This document shows positions 9,701 through 17,656 of a DNA stretch of 64,000 nucleotides, in pieces (within the stretch, counting starts at the first letter, position 1; the number at the start of each line of letters is the position of its first letter). Under the pieces are notes generated by a model, which was not told the DNA's origin, made no database searches, and saw only the letters and a program-made list of their open reading frames with translations. The position numbers were made by a program, and so were the translations under genes. Source of the stretch: an uncultured virus (IMG/VR IMGVR_UViG_3300012988_000018) (Duplodnaviria; Heunggongvirae; Uroviricota; Caudoviricetes); the IMG/VR virus record IMGVR_UViG_3300012988_000018; one strand, 5' to 3'.

Positions 9701-9749
9701 CCCGCTCGTAGAAATTTGGTGACCTGAAAGTTTGTTCGGTTCCGGACAT
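6735..9749 (-). CDS. tail sheath protein (copy 2)
   Basis: FRSPNFYEREID, KGPAFVPVTV, PWFAPAGFNRA, YGQKTLQ...ALDRVNVRRLM, EFIAVDFII. Confidence 0.93.
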   Translation of the reverse strand: MSGTEQTFRSPNFYEREIDLSAPQLRGPVGVPAGVIGTANKGPAFVPVTVANFNEFAATFGNLDPKRFGPYAVNEFLKHRSSLTYLRVLGAGNNSTDGDIAVAQQTGRVKNAGFYLNGSTAADDSHGRHVGAVQFLAARHTLQSAEASGVPMFTDNDSFNGSFVNLIRGMVLLASGARMMVQDGNESSVGAFTAAGPDDLATPVNGKFKLIISSTLGNSFVNTDGNPGVKILTASLNPTDADYFGKILNTDPDKFVQEQHLLYGDFAVDDEVAFPVTVAVLSGSTATSNTSGNSSLIMRQAYGAFDTRYQTPKTSMFISQPFGATEYDLFYVEALDDGEFANRLYKVSITNLKASLDESKPFGTFTLQIRDWNDTDQNPSVLESFPNCSLDPNADNYIAKLVGDRHVFYNFDSSITTERRVVATGKYENVSKLVRVHVSDAVDRGLVPAKSLPFGFRGVEVLKTNDSLTDAGSATARVVGVLGVSSGSALSGSILPPVPFRFKVTKGDIPLASAFEGAPGPTELANTQLHWGIKFERNTDPLNANLASEKNRLLEAYTKFLGIKKLDVLVTGSGADTFNNNKFTLAKVAFSNTAITHLTGTIQDHIREAAYLRDAKLDLSQYTVSTSIGKRITLATVLAQDTAANFNKWAPFTKFTNMMYGGYDGVNILDRDARRLNDRSTSFDAGGGAAVGYVAPGLLVNPNGTGQDNSNVLSYTTAIDIMTDPLVVNTNILAIPGIRESFVTDYAMAKVRDYGLAFYVMDIASYDDSAARLYDDSSGRPDVNKTAAALDGRAIDNNYAGTYFPNVFVDDATNRRRLKVPSSVAAMGALAFNDRVAYPWFAPAGFNRAGLDFVTNVEVRLNVSDRDTLYDSRINPIATFPRLGFVIYGQKTLQVAKTALDRVNVRRLMLEVKRIIISIANQMVFEQNTAAVRNKFVADSVLQLGLIQAQQGIEAFQVICNETNNTQEDIDLNKLNGRVVVVPTKVIEFIAVDFIITNSGVQFV

Positions 9750-9820
9750 TACTGTGCTCCTCTACGCTTTGGAATAGCTACAATAAGTATCATTGGCGTG
9801 TCTTAAAACCAAACACGCGC

Positions 9821-11215
9821 TCAGTCATCAGTGACCACGATCGTCAAGCCTCCCAGGTCAGTACCAGGAGCAAAAACGGTCTCACCAGTGAACCGATTGG
9901 TGTTGACGACCCTGGCGTACTTCGTCACCTGGTTGCCGTTACGATCGATCCCTGTTATCTTTTTGTACTGCGCTTGGGGGCGACCCTTGCCCAAGGCCGC
10001 TAACGCTGGGTCGTTAGGTGACGTGACCTTCGATCCCGGGTACAATCGAGTTCGACCAGTGTTACGTTGGTCACGTCTCTTGTTCGGAGCATCGTCAAGG
10101 GGCAACGTCGGATCGTCCGATCCCAGGAACGGATCGCCTGCATCTGAACCGATCTCTTCGCCAGCGTTCAATCCGATATCAAACGAAATGACAGGAGACG
10201 ACACGTAACGCTTGACGGGAACTGGAGCTCCTGGCACGCCAGAGGCGAGGATGTAACCAGGGACCTTGATAGTGAACTTGTACTTGATCAGTCGCTCTTC
10301 TTGCGACATGTCGTCGAAATTGTTTTCTGCGTTATACACGTTGCCATCGACGGTCGCGATGAACCAGTAACCCTTTGGGCTATCCAGGCGCCAGGCGTTG
10401 CCTTGAGGCAAGAAAGAAGAGATCAACATCTCAACCAATTGAAACATCTGAACCGTGTATTGCGTCCAGAACGTCACCTCGTACACTGCTGTGAAAAACT
10501 GAGGTGCAGGAAGGACGAGCGTCTCATAGACGTTGTTCTTCTTGTCGTTAAGCAACAAACCCCCCTCTATGACCGTGGGATCATCAGCGAGGTCACCTAT
10601 CTTACGAGAGGTGATAAGTTGAGACGATGCAGCTGTGGTGGCGGTGTACGCTACGAAGGGTTGGCCGCTCTCATCAACGATCCTATCTCCGTTTTCATTG
10701 AGAACGTAATACGTGATGACGTCAAGGCTATCATTCGTCTTCACCGCCAAGTTGGTCTGGTGATTTATCCCGAGCCTGTTGATGAGTCCCTGGTACGCAC
10801 GATCAGAATTGTCTAGCCTTCTCTTAACGACTATCTCGCCCGTCTGTTGATTGATACCTCGACCTGTGATGTCCTCGTCTGGTGTCTGTTGGATCGTCGT
10901 TCGGATGACCGTGATCAGGGGAAGTATCAATGCTCCGTTACGATCACGAACGCCACGACTGCGTTTGGCTAACGCCCACTTCTCAGCAGCCGAGAAGATG
11001 ATCGGAACCCGTTTCATCTCTCCACGGTTTTTGTCGCTGGTGCTGACCTGGAACGGGATCTCCTTGTCGAACAGATTGAACAACGCAGCGTCTACGTCCT
11101 CGACGCCACACGCAGGAACCGTCAGGTCAGAGGGCGATGACTTGGTCCCGTAGCCAGTCTGGATTCCGGCTACGTTAAAGTTAGGCATGCTGTTGCTGTT
11201 GAAACGTGTTGACAT
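9821..11215 (-). CDS. tail completion/terminator protein (T4 gp15-like)
   Basis: VPIIFSAAEKW...RDRNGALILPLIT; lies between neck and sheath genes. Confidence 0.65.
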   Translation of the reverse strand: MSTRFNSNSMPNFNVAGIQTGYGTKSSPSDLTVPACGVEDVDAALFNLFDKEIPFQVSTSDKNRGEMKRVPIIFSAAEKWALAKRSRGVRDRNGALILPLITVIRTTIQQTPDEDITGRGINQQTGEIVVKRRLDNSDRAYQGLINRLGINHQTNLAVKTNDSLDVITYYVLNENGDRIVDESGQPFVAYTATTAASSQLITSRKIGDLADDPTVIEGGLLLNDKKNNVYETLVLPAPQFFTAVYEVTFWTQYTVQMFQLVEMLISSFLPQGNAWRLDSPKGYWFIATVDGNVYNAENNFDDMSQEERLIKYKFTIKVPGYILASGVPGAPVPVKRYVSSPVISFDIGLNAGEEIGSDAGDPFLGSDDPTLPLDDAPNKRRDQRNTGRTRLYPGSKVTSPNDPALAALGKGRPQAQYKKITGIDRNGNQVTKYARVVNTNRFTGETVFAPGTDLGGLTIVVTDD

Positions 11216-11898
11216 CAGCTATCGTCTTCGTCGTAAAACGAGCTCCCGTGGTGTGAGTTATCCTCGACGGCGCCCTTTTCAGAGACCTGCTTGGGACCGG
11301 TCAACGAAGGCTCGAGCACGCCTGCCTTCACCAGGTCACGAACGTCGCCGGTCGGGCCTTCTGAGTTCTCCTTGCGGCCTCGCTGCTGCTCAAACTTCTT
11401 TTGGACTGCGTCGGCCTCTGGCCTCGATATGTCAGTCGGTCCGATGATGGGAGCCTTGAATTGACCCTCACGTGCCTTTGTTCCAGTCAGCTTGACGCCG
11501 TCCTTGTGCTCAGGTAGGCCGTAGATGTTGCGCATGAACGAGCGCTCTGTGATCTCGTAAAACACGTCACTGAACGAAAAGAAGTCACCGATGGCAATGT
11601 TGATCCCTTTCTCGACCAGATCTCGGTGTTGGACGTAGACCTCGATCTTGTACTTTGAATCGATGCCGAAGGTGTCGATCTTCGTGTCTGACTGAAAGTT
11701 GTTGTCAACCAACGCATCGATGATGATCGGACCGTCAAACACCTTCTCCATCGACTCGCCATAGATGCCGTTTGAGTTGGTCTTGGTCTCAGAGATCGAG
11801 TAATAGTAGATCTTCTGACCCACCACATCCTTGATGATCTCTTTGGTGATGTCTGAGATGAAGTTTAGCTCTCGTGGCGTGATGAAAAGACGTGACAT
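11215..11898 (-). CDS. head closure / neck protein (T4 gp14-like)
   Basis: VVGQKIYYY...IYGES, GDFFSF..FYEI; synteny. Confidence 0.65.
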   Translation of the reverse strand: MSRLFITPRELNFISDITKEIIKDVVGQKIYYYSISETKTNSNGIYGESMEKVFDGPIIIDALVDNNFQSDTKIDTFGIDSKYKIEVYVQHRDLVEKGINIAIGDFFSFSDVFYEITERSFMRNIYGLPEHKDGVKLTGTKAREGQFKAPIIGPTDISRPEADAVQKKFEQQRGRKENSEGPTGDVRDLVKAGVLEPSLTGPKQVSEKGAVEDNSHHGSSFYDEDDS

Positions 11899-11934
11899 CT
11901 TAGATCCTCGATCTTAAGTAGGAACAACTTCGAT

Positions 11935-13146
11935 CTATCCAATCACGATACTCTTGCCCAACGGCATGGGCACGTACTTCAACGTCTTCTGCAGGCTCTC
12001 AGCGAGCGAGGCCTGTTGTTCCATCAAGGCCTGATTCGTCAGCTTGTCAAGCCACTCCCTGATCTGATCACGTAACCTCGTCTGGTCCTCACGACCTTGG
12101 TTTACGAGCGATTCACCGTTCAATTGCAGGTCAGCGTTGGGGATCGGGATGGTCTGAAACTTGCTACGTGTCAGGCCCAACACCTCTTTCGCGAGCGCTA
12201 GCGTGAACTGTCGGATCCACTGGCGTCCGGGCTGCGTGATCGTAGAAAACGGCAGGTTGTTGAGAGGCACGTTGCTGGGCCCAGAGATGCCGTATAGCGT
12301 GGAATCAACGCTGCCAGACAGCGAGCCACCGATGCCATTCGGATCCGTGGGATTGTTCGGTTGGGCGAACACCTTGATGTAAAGCTTGCCCAGTTGCGAC
12401 GTCAGGGTCGGGATCGGATAGATGCGAAGCCTGCTACCGATGACCTCATAGCTGTAGTTCGATCGACGGACACGAAAGGCAGTCTCTAGCATGCCCCTAC
12501 GTAGGACGTCCTCGAACACTGGCAACACGTAGAAGATGGTGCTGTTGACGTACGACTCGTAATTGAAGTTCGTGGCTAGGAAGTTAGTGATGTTGCTAGC
12601 GTTGAGCAGCGAGGCCTGGGCAGCGATGGGCTCAAAGTGATAGACCTCTACGATCTTGATCCTGCCACGTGAACCAGACGGGATCGACAGCCACAGGTTC
12701 TGGTCCATCGTCCCGCTCTCAGCACTCAATAGGTCGGCATAGATGTCATAGTCCTGTTTGCCATCGATCAAGCGGATGTAACCCAGCTGAGCGTCATAAG
12801 GACCACCCATGAACGCCTCGGTCGCGTACGGTTCAGCCTGTCTGATGAGGAACTCGAGCGACTGACGCGGGTAGATGTTCGTGAGGTCCGTGCTGCCGGT
12901 CGGCAAGCCCAACACGTTGATCAGCTCTGACTGGATCTTCATCTCATGGACGAGCCTGCTGTACTCGCAACAGGCCTCCTCGAAACACGCCCAAATCTCT
13001 TTCTTCGTCAGCTCGACAGACAACACATCATCGCCTAGCTTGCGCTTGACGAACGTCACCATGCCATCAGCCTCCGCTTGAAACTGTGCGTCGCTGTCAA
13101 AGAACCCAAAGGGCGTAGGGGTTAAAGTTTCAATGAAGGTAGGCAT
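11935..13146 (-). CDS. head-tail adaptor / neck protein (T4 gp13-like)
   Basis: KRKLGDDVLSVELT, WIRQFTLALAKEVLG..RSKF, LNGESL. Confidence 0.8.
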   Translation of the reverse strand: MPTFIETLTPTPFGFFDSDAQFQAEADGMVTFVKRKLGDDVLSVELTKKEIWACFEEACCEYSRLVHEMKIQSELINVLGLPTGSTDLTNIYPRQSLEFLIRQAEPYATEAFMGGPYDAQLGYIRLIDGKQDYDIYADLLSAESGTMDQNLWLSIPSGSRGRIKIVEVYHFEPIAAQASLLNASNITNFLATNFNYESYVNSTIFYVLPVFEDVLRRGMLETAFRVRRSNYSYEVIGSRLRIYPIPTLTSQLGKLYIKVFAQPNNPTDPNGIGGSLSGSVDSTLYGISGPSNVPLNNLPFSTITQPGRQWIRQFTLALAKEVLGLTRSKFQTIPIPNADLQLNGESLVNQGREDQTRLRDQIREWLDKLTNQALMEQQASLAESLQKTLKYVPMPLGKSIVIG

Positions 13147-13234
13147 GTCTCTTGCGATAAGTATGGTGCGGGCGCGTTACGCCCATGACCGTGCAACAAG
13201 TGTAATTGTGACGCCACGATTGTATGGTGATGTC

Positions 13235-13630
13235 ATGTTTTACTCGAAGTGGGATGACGTCGTCCTAAAGGTCAAGGAGGACTTTGGTTACGACGATCAG
13301 GTCGACGTCGCCTTCAAGGTCATGATCGTCGGTCGCGACTTTAACACTGGTGATTACATCCAGTACCTGTGTTACGTCGCCCCAGGAGAGCGAATCCCGT
13401 ATGGGTACGTTACCTTCACCATCAACGACAAGCACGTTCGCCGCTTCGGCGTCGAGAAGAAATTTTTGGGCGAGATCGGTTGCATCATCACCTCCCAGAA
13501 CGACATCTTCAGTCACACCCCCGCCGTGAAGGGCGAAAAGTGTAGCAGGTGTCAGATCTTTTTCGAAGGTGCAGTCGAGACTGACGGCAAGTTTTTCTGT
13601 CGAGCGTGTCGCGAAAACCCTTGGCGTTAG
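13235..13630 (+). CDS. hypothetical protein with C-terminal Zn ribbon
   Basis: CSRC...CRACRENPWR; fills the gap between minus-strand genes; only convincing plus-strand gene. Confidence 0.7.
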   Translation: MFYSKWDDVVLKVKEDFGYDDQVDVAFKVMIVGRDFNTGDYIQYLCYVAPGERIPYGYVTFTINDKHVRRFGVEKKFLGEIGCIITSQNDIFSHTPAVKGEKCSRCQIFFEGAVETDGKFFCRACRENPWR

Positions 13631-13736
13631 GTCACAGCTCTCAAGATGCACTAGAAAACTAACTAATCAACGACTTAGACCATTACCTCACATCTGGTTC
13701 AGTGTTCTCTTGGTGCCCTTAGGGGCTGAGATGCCG

Positions 13737-14603
13737 TCACTCGAACAAGGTTGGATTGTCAGCGTCTCGGTATCCCACATCTATCATCTCTGCAATTTCC
13801 TTGGGATCGAATTGCATCGAGTTTAGCGTCAGGCGCTTGTCAGGTTGGACGAGCCTGATCTTGACGTGTTTCACCTTGTCTGCTTTCATGACGACGTCAT
13901 TCATCAGGCCAACGAGTTGCAGGTCTGACCTAAGGATCTGGTCCGTCATCAGGTCAATGATCCTGAAGACGTAGTCTGGGACTGCTGCCTTTCCCCGAGG
14001 GTCCCAAGGATTTGCTGCTGACGGGTTGCTGCACATTATGACGTCAACCTCGTTTGCGCCCAACCTGATGGCCTCGCGCAGCGGCGTCATGTGCCTCAGC
14101 CCGCCATCGCACCACAGCTTCCCGTTTATCTCTACTGGTTGCATGAAGAACGGGTAGCTGGACGACGCTTGGACCCACTTGATCAGGTCATCGAAATCCT
14201 CTCGACCGTACTTGAACTCACCTGTGTCTAGACAGACGGCTCCGACGCGGAGCTTACGACCTGACTTCTTGATAGCGTCAACGTCAATGTTGTCGTTAAG
14301 CAGCTTGATCAGCGGGCTCGCGTCATACGCTGAGGCTTTTCTCAGGCTTAGCAAACGACCGAGGTACTTCCACTTAGCGATTATTGAGCTCTGGTTTATC
14401 GAGCGCCAGAACCTCTCCAGCTCAATGATGCCAGACTTTGGATCGCCGATAGGCGACTGTGCCAGCGCTGCGACGTTGATGGCTCCGACAGAGACACCAC
14501 ACATGATGTCATAATCACACCCCTGTTCGCCGATCCACTTTTTTAGGACACCTACCTGATAGGCACCTTTCGTAGCACCTCCCGACAACACAAGCGCTCG
14601 CAT
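13737..14603 (-). CDS. patatin-like phospholipase
   Basis: LVLSGGATKG glycine loop, GVSVG nucleophile elbow, DGG motif. Confidence 0.92.
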   Translation of the reverse strand: MRALVLSGGATKGAYQVGVLKKWIGEQGCDYDIMCGVSVGAINVAALAQSPIGDPKSGIIELERFWRSINQSSIIAKWKYLGRLLSLRKASAYDASPLIKLLNDNIDVDAIKKSGRKLRVGAVCLDTGEFKYGREDFDDLIKWVQASSSYPFFMQPVEINGKLWCDGGLRHMTPLREAIRLGANEVDVIMCSNPSAANPWDPRGKAAVPDYVFRIIDLMTDQILRSDLQLVGLMNDVVMKADKVKHVKIRLVQPDKRLTLNSMQFDPKEIAEMIDVGYRDADNPTLFE

Positions 14604-14640
14604 CTATTTTCAAGATATCAAATAGACACGAGGTATGACA

Positions 14641-15369
14641 TCACATCCCTACGCCGAGTAACAATTTTCGCGTCTTTAATGTTGAGCCACCACCGCCGCT
14701 CTCAACGGGCTCCGACGCATCAGTAGCAGGAGAACCGCCGATCGTCCAGTTACCAGCTGTACCACCGTTGACGTTGACGTTCGTTGCTGAGTCGAGATCT
14801 AACCAGTGCAGGTTGGTGCCTGACGGCGCGATGCCCTGGCGAGCGTTTTGTGAAGCCGTTAGGGCATTCGCGTCGCTGATGGTGTTAGCCTGGCACCAGA
14901 ACCCTTTGACGTTGCCATCAATGATCTCTTCACCAAATTGATCGTTGCCGATAAAGAGACCACCTCCCGCGATCGACGTGACAGCCGTTCCGCAGTTGAT
15001 CGTGATAGTAGTCCAGGACGTTGCATTTTCAGCTCGGTAACGCAACGTGTAGGCTGTGCCGGTGCCTGAGTACTCTAAGATGAACGCAAGCCAAATTGTG
15101 CTTGATCCAGTGAGAATTGTGTGCGTGTCGATGTTTCCACCGCCGTTAGCAAAGGTGAACACATCAAGCGTCGTTGAACCAGTCGCAACGGCTAGCTGAA
15201 ATCCCTGTGAAGAACCGCCAGTGCTACCAAACGCAACTATCGCCGTGTCACCAGCGGGAGCATAGGCACCAGTTCGAATTTGGGACCACCAACCCATGTG
15301 GAACGCTGCCGTCAACGTGGGCGTCGTAGTGGTGCTTAATGAGTCAAGGGTAAATCTAACTGAGGTCAT
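14641..15369 (-). CDS. LamG/concanavalin-like virion protein
   Basis: Beta-rich, T/G/S-rich; LFIGND...DGNV; start at 15369 overlaps the upstream stop (ATGA). Confidence 0.55.
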   Translation of the reverse strand: MTSVRFTLDSLSTTTTPTLTAAFHMGWWSQIRTGAYAPAGDTAIVAFGSTGGSSQGFQLAVATGSTTLDVFTFANGGGNIDTHTILTGSSTIWLAFILEYSGTGTAYTLRYRAENATSWTTITINCGTAVTSIAGGGLFIGNDQFGEEIIDGNVKGFWCQANTISDANALTASQNARQGIAPSGTNLHWLDLDSATNVNVNGGTAGNWTIGGSPATDASEPVESGGGGSTLKTRKLLLGVGM

Positions 15370-16112
15370 GGTAACTCCCAAGCTGAGAACGACGTAGCGC
15401 TGAAGATCTTTGGATCGTCAGTCTGACCGGGAGAGTTGTTCTCACGATAAAAAGCGATTCCCGGGTTGCCTACTTGATAATATTCAGGTCGGGTCACGTT
15501 GGCGATCTGAGTGACAAGCGCGCCACGAATCATCCAAACGATGACATTTCCTGTAAGAGCGCCATCATCAAGGGTAAGCTGAGCGCGGAGCTTGTCACCG
15601 TCCTGCACGCCGAATGAGGTGAATGCCGCACCGATGTTATCGTAATTGCCATTGGGCTCTAGATAGCGACTGACGAAACCCAATATCCCGTACTTGCCTA
15701 TTCCTAGGTTGATCTCAATGCCATCGAAATCAGTATCGTTATTGAACGATTGACCTAGGCTAGACCGTCGCAACGGCACCTGACGCGCACCGAGGAGCAG
15801 CTCAACCTCGAGGTCACCCACAGGATCACTGAGCTTTTGAATGGTCAACTCACAAGCGTGGTTTTTTTTGAAACCAGACAACCATGCCTGTGAATCATTG
15901 TACGTCGGAACGAACTTCTCGTCGCCTGTCTGATTTCCCCAACACACCCCACTGCCTTTTTGACAAATCGGTTGATAGGGAGAGCCTGTGGTCCAAACGC
16001 CGCCTTCAGAGAGTGGGCTTTCAGTTCCATCAAAGTTTGTTGAAAAGCTAAGCGGCGCAGGAGGCGTGACGATCGATCTCGAAGTCCCAGAAAACATCCT
16101 TGCTGTTACCAT
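15366..16112 (-). CDS. lectin-like beta-sandwich virion protein (paralog of 16123-16863)
   Basis: MVTARMFSG, ESPLSEGGVW, HACELTI, GNPGIAF. Confidence 0.6.
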   Translation of the reverse strand: MVTARMFSGTSRSIVTPPAPLSFSTNFDGTESPLSEGGVWTTGSPYQPICQKGSGVCWGNQTGDEKFVPTYNDSQAWLSGFKKNHACELTIQKLSDPVGDLEVELLLGARQVPLRRSSLGQSFNNDTDFDGIEINLGIGKYGILGFVSRYLEPNGNYDNIGAAFTSFGVQDGDKLRAQLTLDDGALTGNVIVWMIRGALVTQIANVTRPEYYQVGNPGIAFYRENNSPGQTDDPKIFSATSFSAWELP

Positions 16113-16122
16113 GGCAACACCA

Positions 16123-16863
16123 TCACGCTAGCTCCGTCACAAAAAGATCGGTGAACCCAAACGCGGCATCGTTACCGTCAGTGTCAAAACCGATGCCAGG
16201 ATTGCCATTGCTAAACACCAACGATGAACCGTCGCCAGCCATGTTTGCGTTTCCAAGCGTGAAAGGCAGCGCAGCGCCGTTGGCAGCTGTGATGTCAAGC
16301 GTGAACATCCTGACGCCATTGATCTTACACGTGAGCAAGTTGCCCTTGATCTCACCGTAAAAAACGTCACCAGAGACAGGTGCTGACGTCGACCCAAACT
16401 GATAGAGATAGTTGTACGACCCGTCACCGTTCCAACGGACGACGGTGAGGTACTGACCGAACGCAGACCAAAAAAGCTCGTATCCTCGAGCATACGTGCC
16501 TGAGTCATCGAACCTTAAGTGAATCTCGACCTCAGAAAACGTGCCGTTTGCGCCGCTCGAGCTGATGGTCGCAGTACAAGCATGGTCAGCTCTAAACCCA
16601 GACAACAGGGCTCGACCGTCATCGAACCCACTGGCGCTAGTAGCCGCAGAAACGCCGTGTGCGATCCCGCTAGCTGTCACGACGGGCGTGCTCGAGGCTG
16701 GCAACGCTGCCTGTCCTATGTCCGTTCGATCTAGGCCTAACCCGCTAGCGTGCCAGGCACCGCCTTCGGAGATCGGGTTTTCTGTCAAGGAGAAGGTAGT
16801 ACTGTACGTCTTCAACACGACCGGGGAGAACGTGTTGCCAGAAAAAGGCCTTGCACTCACCAT
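16123..16863 (-). CDS. lectin-like beta-sandwich virion protein (paralog of 15366-16112)
   Basis: MVSARPFSG, ENPISEGGAW, HACTATI, GNPGIGF. Confidence 0.6.
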   Translation of the reverse strand: MVSARPFSGNTFSPVVLKTYSTTFSLTENPISEGGAWHASGLGLDRTDIGQAALPASSTPVVTASGIAHGVSAATSASGFDDGRALLSGFRADHACTATISSSGANGTFSEVEIHLRFDDSGTYARGYELFWSAFGQYLTVVRWNGDGSYNYLYQFGSTSAPVSGDVFYGEIKGNLLTCKINGVRMFTLDITAANGAALPFTLGNANMAGDGSSLVFSNGNPGIGFDTDGNDAAFGFTDLFVTELA

Positions 16864-16873
16864 CAGTTCCCTG

Positions 16874-17656
16874 TTAATTTCCCATCAAGTAACCAGACAC
16901 TGTGATGTCAACGTCGGCGCCGGACGTGATGCAACCTCCGGAGACTGGGGTGTTGACGGTCGTGATGAACAGAGGCACGCCTCCTCCGTGCATTGCGAAC
17001 CCACCGCCTGCCGCGGCAGCATAACCCTGGATCTTGGTCGTCAATCCGTCCTTGATCACGACCTTTGTTGAGACGGTAGCATGGGCGTTTGTCACGAGCA
17101 CGCTCATGACAGCGAAACGATTGCTCGCGCCAGGTGAAACGAGGATCGTACCCGAGGCCGTCGTGTAGTTTTGGGTGCCTTGACGTTGAAGGTCAGGGAC
17201 CGATCCTAACAAGATGACCTGCTTGCCAAGCGAGTCAGCGATGCCTCCGACGATGAGACTGTTCGCTGTCACTGCTTTGTCTGACGTCCTAGCTTCGAAC
17301 CCCTCGAACAAGGGATTCGCTGTTATCGTTGAACCTGTCAGGTTAAAACCTTGGACAGCACCGTTACCACCTGAGACGACGTTAACGGGCAAGGCAGCCG
17401 ACCAGGTGACAGGCAAGGATCCCGTAGACGTAACGGTAACGGGACTGGTGATGCTGACCGATCCAGTTATTCCTGCCGATCCGGTGATCCGCAACGCTGA
17501 GGTTGAGTCGATCTGTGGGTATCTTACGATGCCATCAGAGCCGACACCAGCAAACAGTAACCCGGTCATTCCAACAGGAATTTTCAAGCTTGATGTGACA
17601 GCCATCAAGCTACCGCTAACGTCAACTAACACTACGGCGGGATTATCAACACTCAT
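16874..17656 (-). CDS. fibre-associated virion protein
   Basis: T/S/G/V-rich with ITGS repeats; translationally coupled to the giant fibre gene. Confidence 0.55.
   Translation of the reverse strand: MSVDNPAVVLVDVSGSLMAVTSSLKIPVGMTGLLFAGVGSDGIVRYPQIDSTSALRITGSAGITGSVSITSPVTVTSTGSLPVTWSAALPVNVVSGGNGAVQGFNLTGSTITANPLFEGFEARTSDKAVTANSLIVGGIADSLGKQVILLGSVPDLQRQGTQNYTTASGTILVSPGASNRFAVMSVLVTNAHATVSTKVVIKDGLTTKIQGYAAAAGGGFAMHGGGVPLFITTVNTPVSGGCITSGADVDITVSGYLMGN

Noticed and set aside
13631..13736. Possible ncRNA or mini-ORF (GAGGT-ATG GTC TAA) between convergent genes
   Set aside because: No convincing fold, family motif or second copy
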